Below are positions 62,747 to 64,000 of a DNA stretch of 64,000 nt, in pieces (position 1 is the stretch's first letter; each line of letters starts with the position of its first letter). The DNA is from an uncultured Methanosarcinales archaeon (GTDB lineage Archaea > Nanobdellota > Nanobdellia > Woesearchaeales > CAYNLP01): assembly GCA_964398115.1 (NCBI GenBank), contig CAYNLP010000004.1, positions 1 to 64,000 of the forward strand. The letters run 5' to 3'. The position numbers and the translations under genes were made by a program. The notes beneath the pieces are model-generated. The model was not told where the DNA came from and made no database searches. It saw only the letters and a list, made by a program, of their open reading frames with translations.

Positions 62747-63436
62747 TTAGAATTTTTCTACGATTTCGTCATCAACATCTTCCACGTTTAATATTGGAAC
62801 TTCTGCTCTCTTGCTATCATCATATGCTATTCTTTCACAAGCAGTGTTTAGCCAAACGTCAATGAAAGGAAAGTTGTTCAAGCCTTCAAAGTTGATATTG
62901 TTCTGCATGAAGTAATAGAAGTTTTTATCTTCATACTTTTCTTCTAACGCTTTCGCCCACTTATACTTCAATCCTCTCTGCCCAGTCTTTGTAGTTACCA
63001 AAACGCCGATGTTGTCTTCCATGAAGAAAGTAGCCCTTGCGGCTTTCACTCTCTTAAGCATTGGTTCTACAACGCTTTTTTCCAGTTCGAAAAAGTCTTC
63101 TTCTCTCGGATTGTAACAATAAACTGGCTTGTCGTTTTTCATAAGCAACGCTTTGGGATGGAAAACTCCGTCACCAACGTATAAGAAAGCTTTTGCTTCC
63201 GTGTCGTAATGTTCGTTGTCACAACCCAATATTTGTCCAGGATTCCAAGTATGCCTTGTTTCCAACAGTTCTACTTTTTTCCCATCTTCTTCTAGTTGTT
63301 CTTTCATATCATCTATTTCGGCGATGTGCTGGACTGGTGTGAATAAAGCTAAGTGGTCTGGAGTTTTTTCCATAACTTCTTCAGGGATTTGTATGTTCAA
63401 GTGTTGCCTCGCCGGTATGTGTACAACTCTCATCAA
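62747..63436 (-). CDS. dph2: short Dph2-like diphthamide biosynthesis protein
   Basis: GQILGC, GDG.FHP, TK.GQ and NTACERI motifs. Only 229 aa. Confidence 0.8.
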   Translation of the reverse strand: MMRVVHIPARQHLNIQIPEEVMEKTPDHLALFTPVQHIAEIDDMKEQLEEDGKKVELLETRHTWNPGQILGCDNEHYDTEAKAFLYVGDGVFHPKALLMKNDKPVYCYNPREEDFFELEKSVVEPMLKRVKAARATFFMEDNIGVLVTTKTGQRGLKYKWAKALEEKYEDKNFYYFMQNNINFEGLNNFPFIDVWLNTACERIAYDDSKRAEVPILNVEDVDDEIVEKF

Positions 63437-63519
63437 ATGTTTGGGAGGAACGAGTATCTTTTAAAGCTTTGCTTGAAGTAAATACATTTATATAATCTTA
63501 TAAGAGTGAATGGTTTAGG

Positions 63520-64000
63520 ATGGCTGAACAGAAATTAGAGAGGACACTAGGCTTGCCTGCTCTTTTATTGATAACAGTCAGCACGGTAATGGGAACAGGC
63601 ATTTTCTTCCTACCCGCTGTTGGAGCTAGAGAAGCAGGTATTATGTCCCTTATTTCTTGGTCTATCCTTTCATTACTAGCCGTTTACGTTTCTATGTGTT
63701 TTGCAGAACTAGTTAGTATGTATCCAAAAGCGGGAGGTATTTACGAATTCTGCAAACAAGCATTCGGTCCTTTCCCCAGCTTCATAATAGGGTGGGGGAC
63801 GTTAATAGCGGGTAATGTAACCATTGCCATGCTCATAGTTGGCGCTATAAGATATTTAAACCCTGCATTACCGGAGCTTGCTAAGATCGGCGTAAGCATT
63901 TTCTTCATTATAGCTTTCAACTACGTCGCCTACAAAGGTATGGATTTGTCAGCAGTTATGCTAGTAACTTTTGGCATGATAGCTGTTTCATCCATCGTCG
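63520..64000 (+). CDS. APC-family amino acid permease, 5' part
   Basis: MAEQKLERTLG...GTGIFFLP...FAEL.SMYPKAGGIYEF...AFG. Runs off the window. Confidence 0.88.
   Translation, partial: MAEQKLERTLGLPALLLITVSTVMGTGIFFLPAVGAREAGIMSLISWSILSLLAVYVSMCFAELVSMYPKAGGIYEFCKQAFGPFPSFIIGWGTLIAGNVTIAMLIVGAIRYLNPALPELAKIGVSIFFIIAFNYVAYKGMDLSAVMLVTFGMIAVSSIV

Overview
A 64 kb gene-dense stretch of an archaeal chromosome, most likely DPANN (Woesearchaeota/Nanoarchaeota-like). Many proteins are acidic, which suggests a saline habitat. It is mostly scrambled housekeeping genes: aIF5B, aEF-1beta, aIF2-gamma, uS7, uS15, SerRS, SRP54, SMC, XPD, PINA, NreA, NucS, RNase HII, gyrB, Dph2 and Dph6, a membrane pyrophosphatase, and a D-LDH/ppsA/eno/GH15 block. 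There are five tRNA genes, two of them with introns. No CRISPR array, transposase, integrase or prophage was seen. Two N-gaps split smc and hppA artificially. The most unusual signals are these: (1) a dispersed ~30-bp AT-rich quasi-palindrome in five intergenic copies; (2) a sawtooth G+T/A+C strand-asymmetry profile whose sharp resets lie at or near several of these copies, a possible densely spaced origin or loading-site system; (3) a tRNA-Leu(GAG) with a T-loop BHB intron, a Ser-like G73 acceptor end and an adjacent half-copy with a compensatory stem change; (4) a highly diverged RelA/SpoT-synthetase-like orphan; (5) a candidate A-AAA-AAC -1 frameshift; (6) a stand-alone MCM-type winged helix; and (7) a hairpin whose loop carries an SD/anti-SD sequence. 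All calls come from reading motifs by eye; no searches were run.
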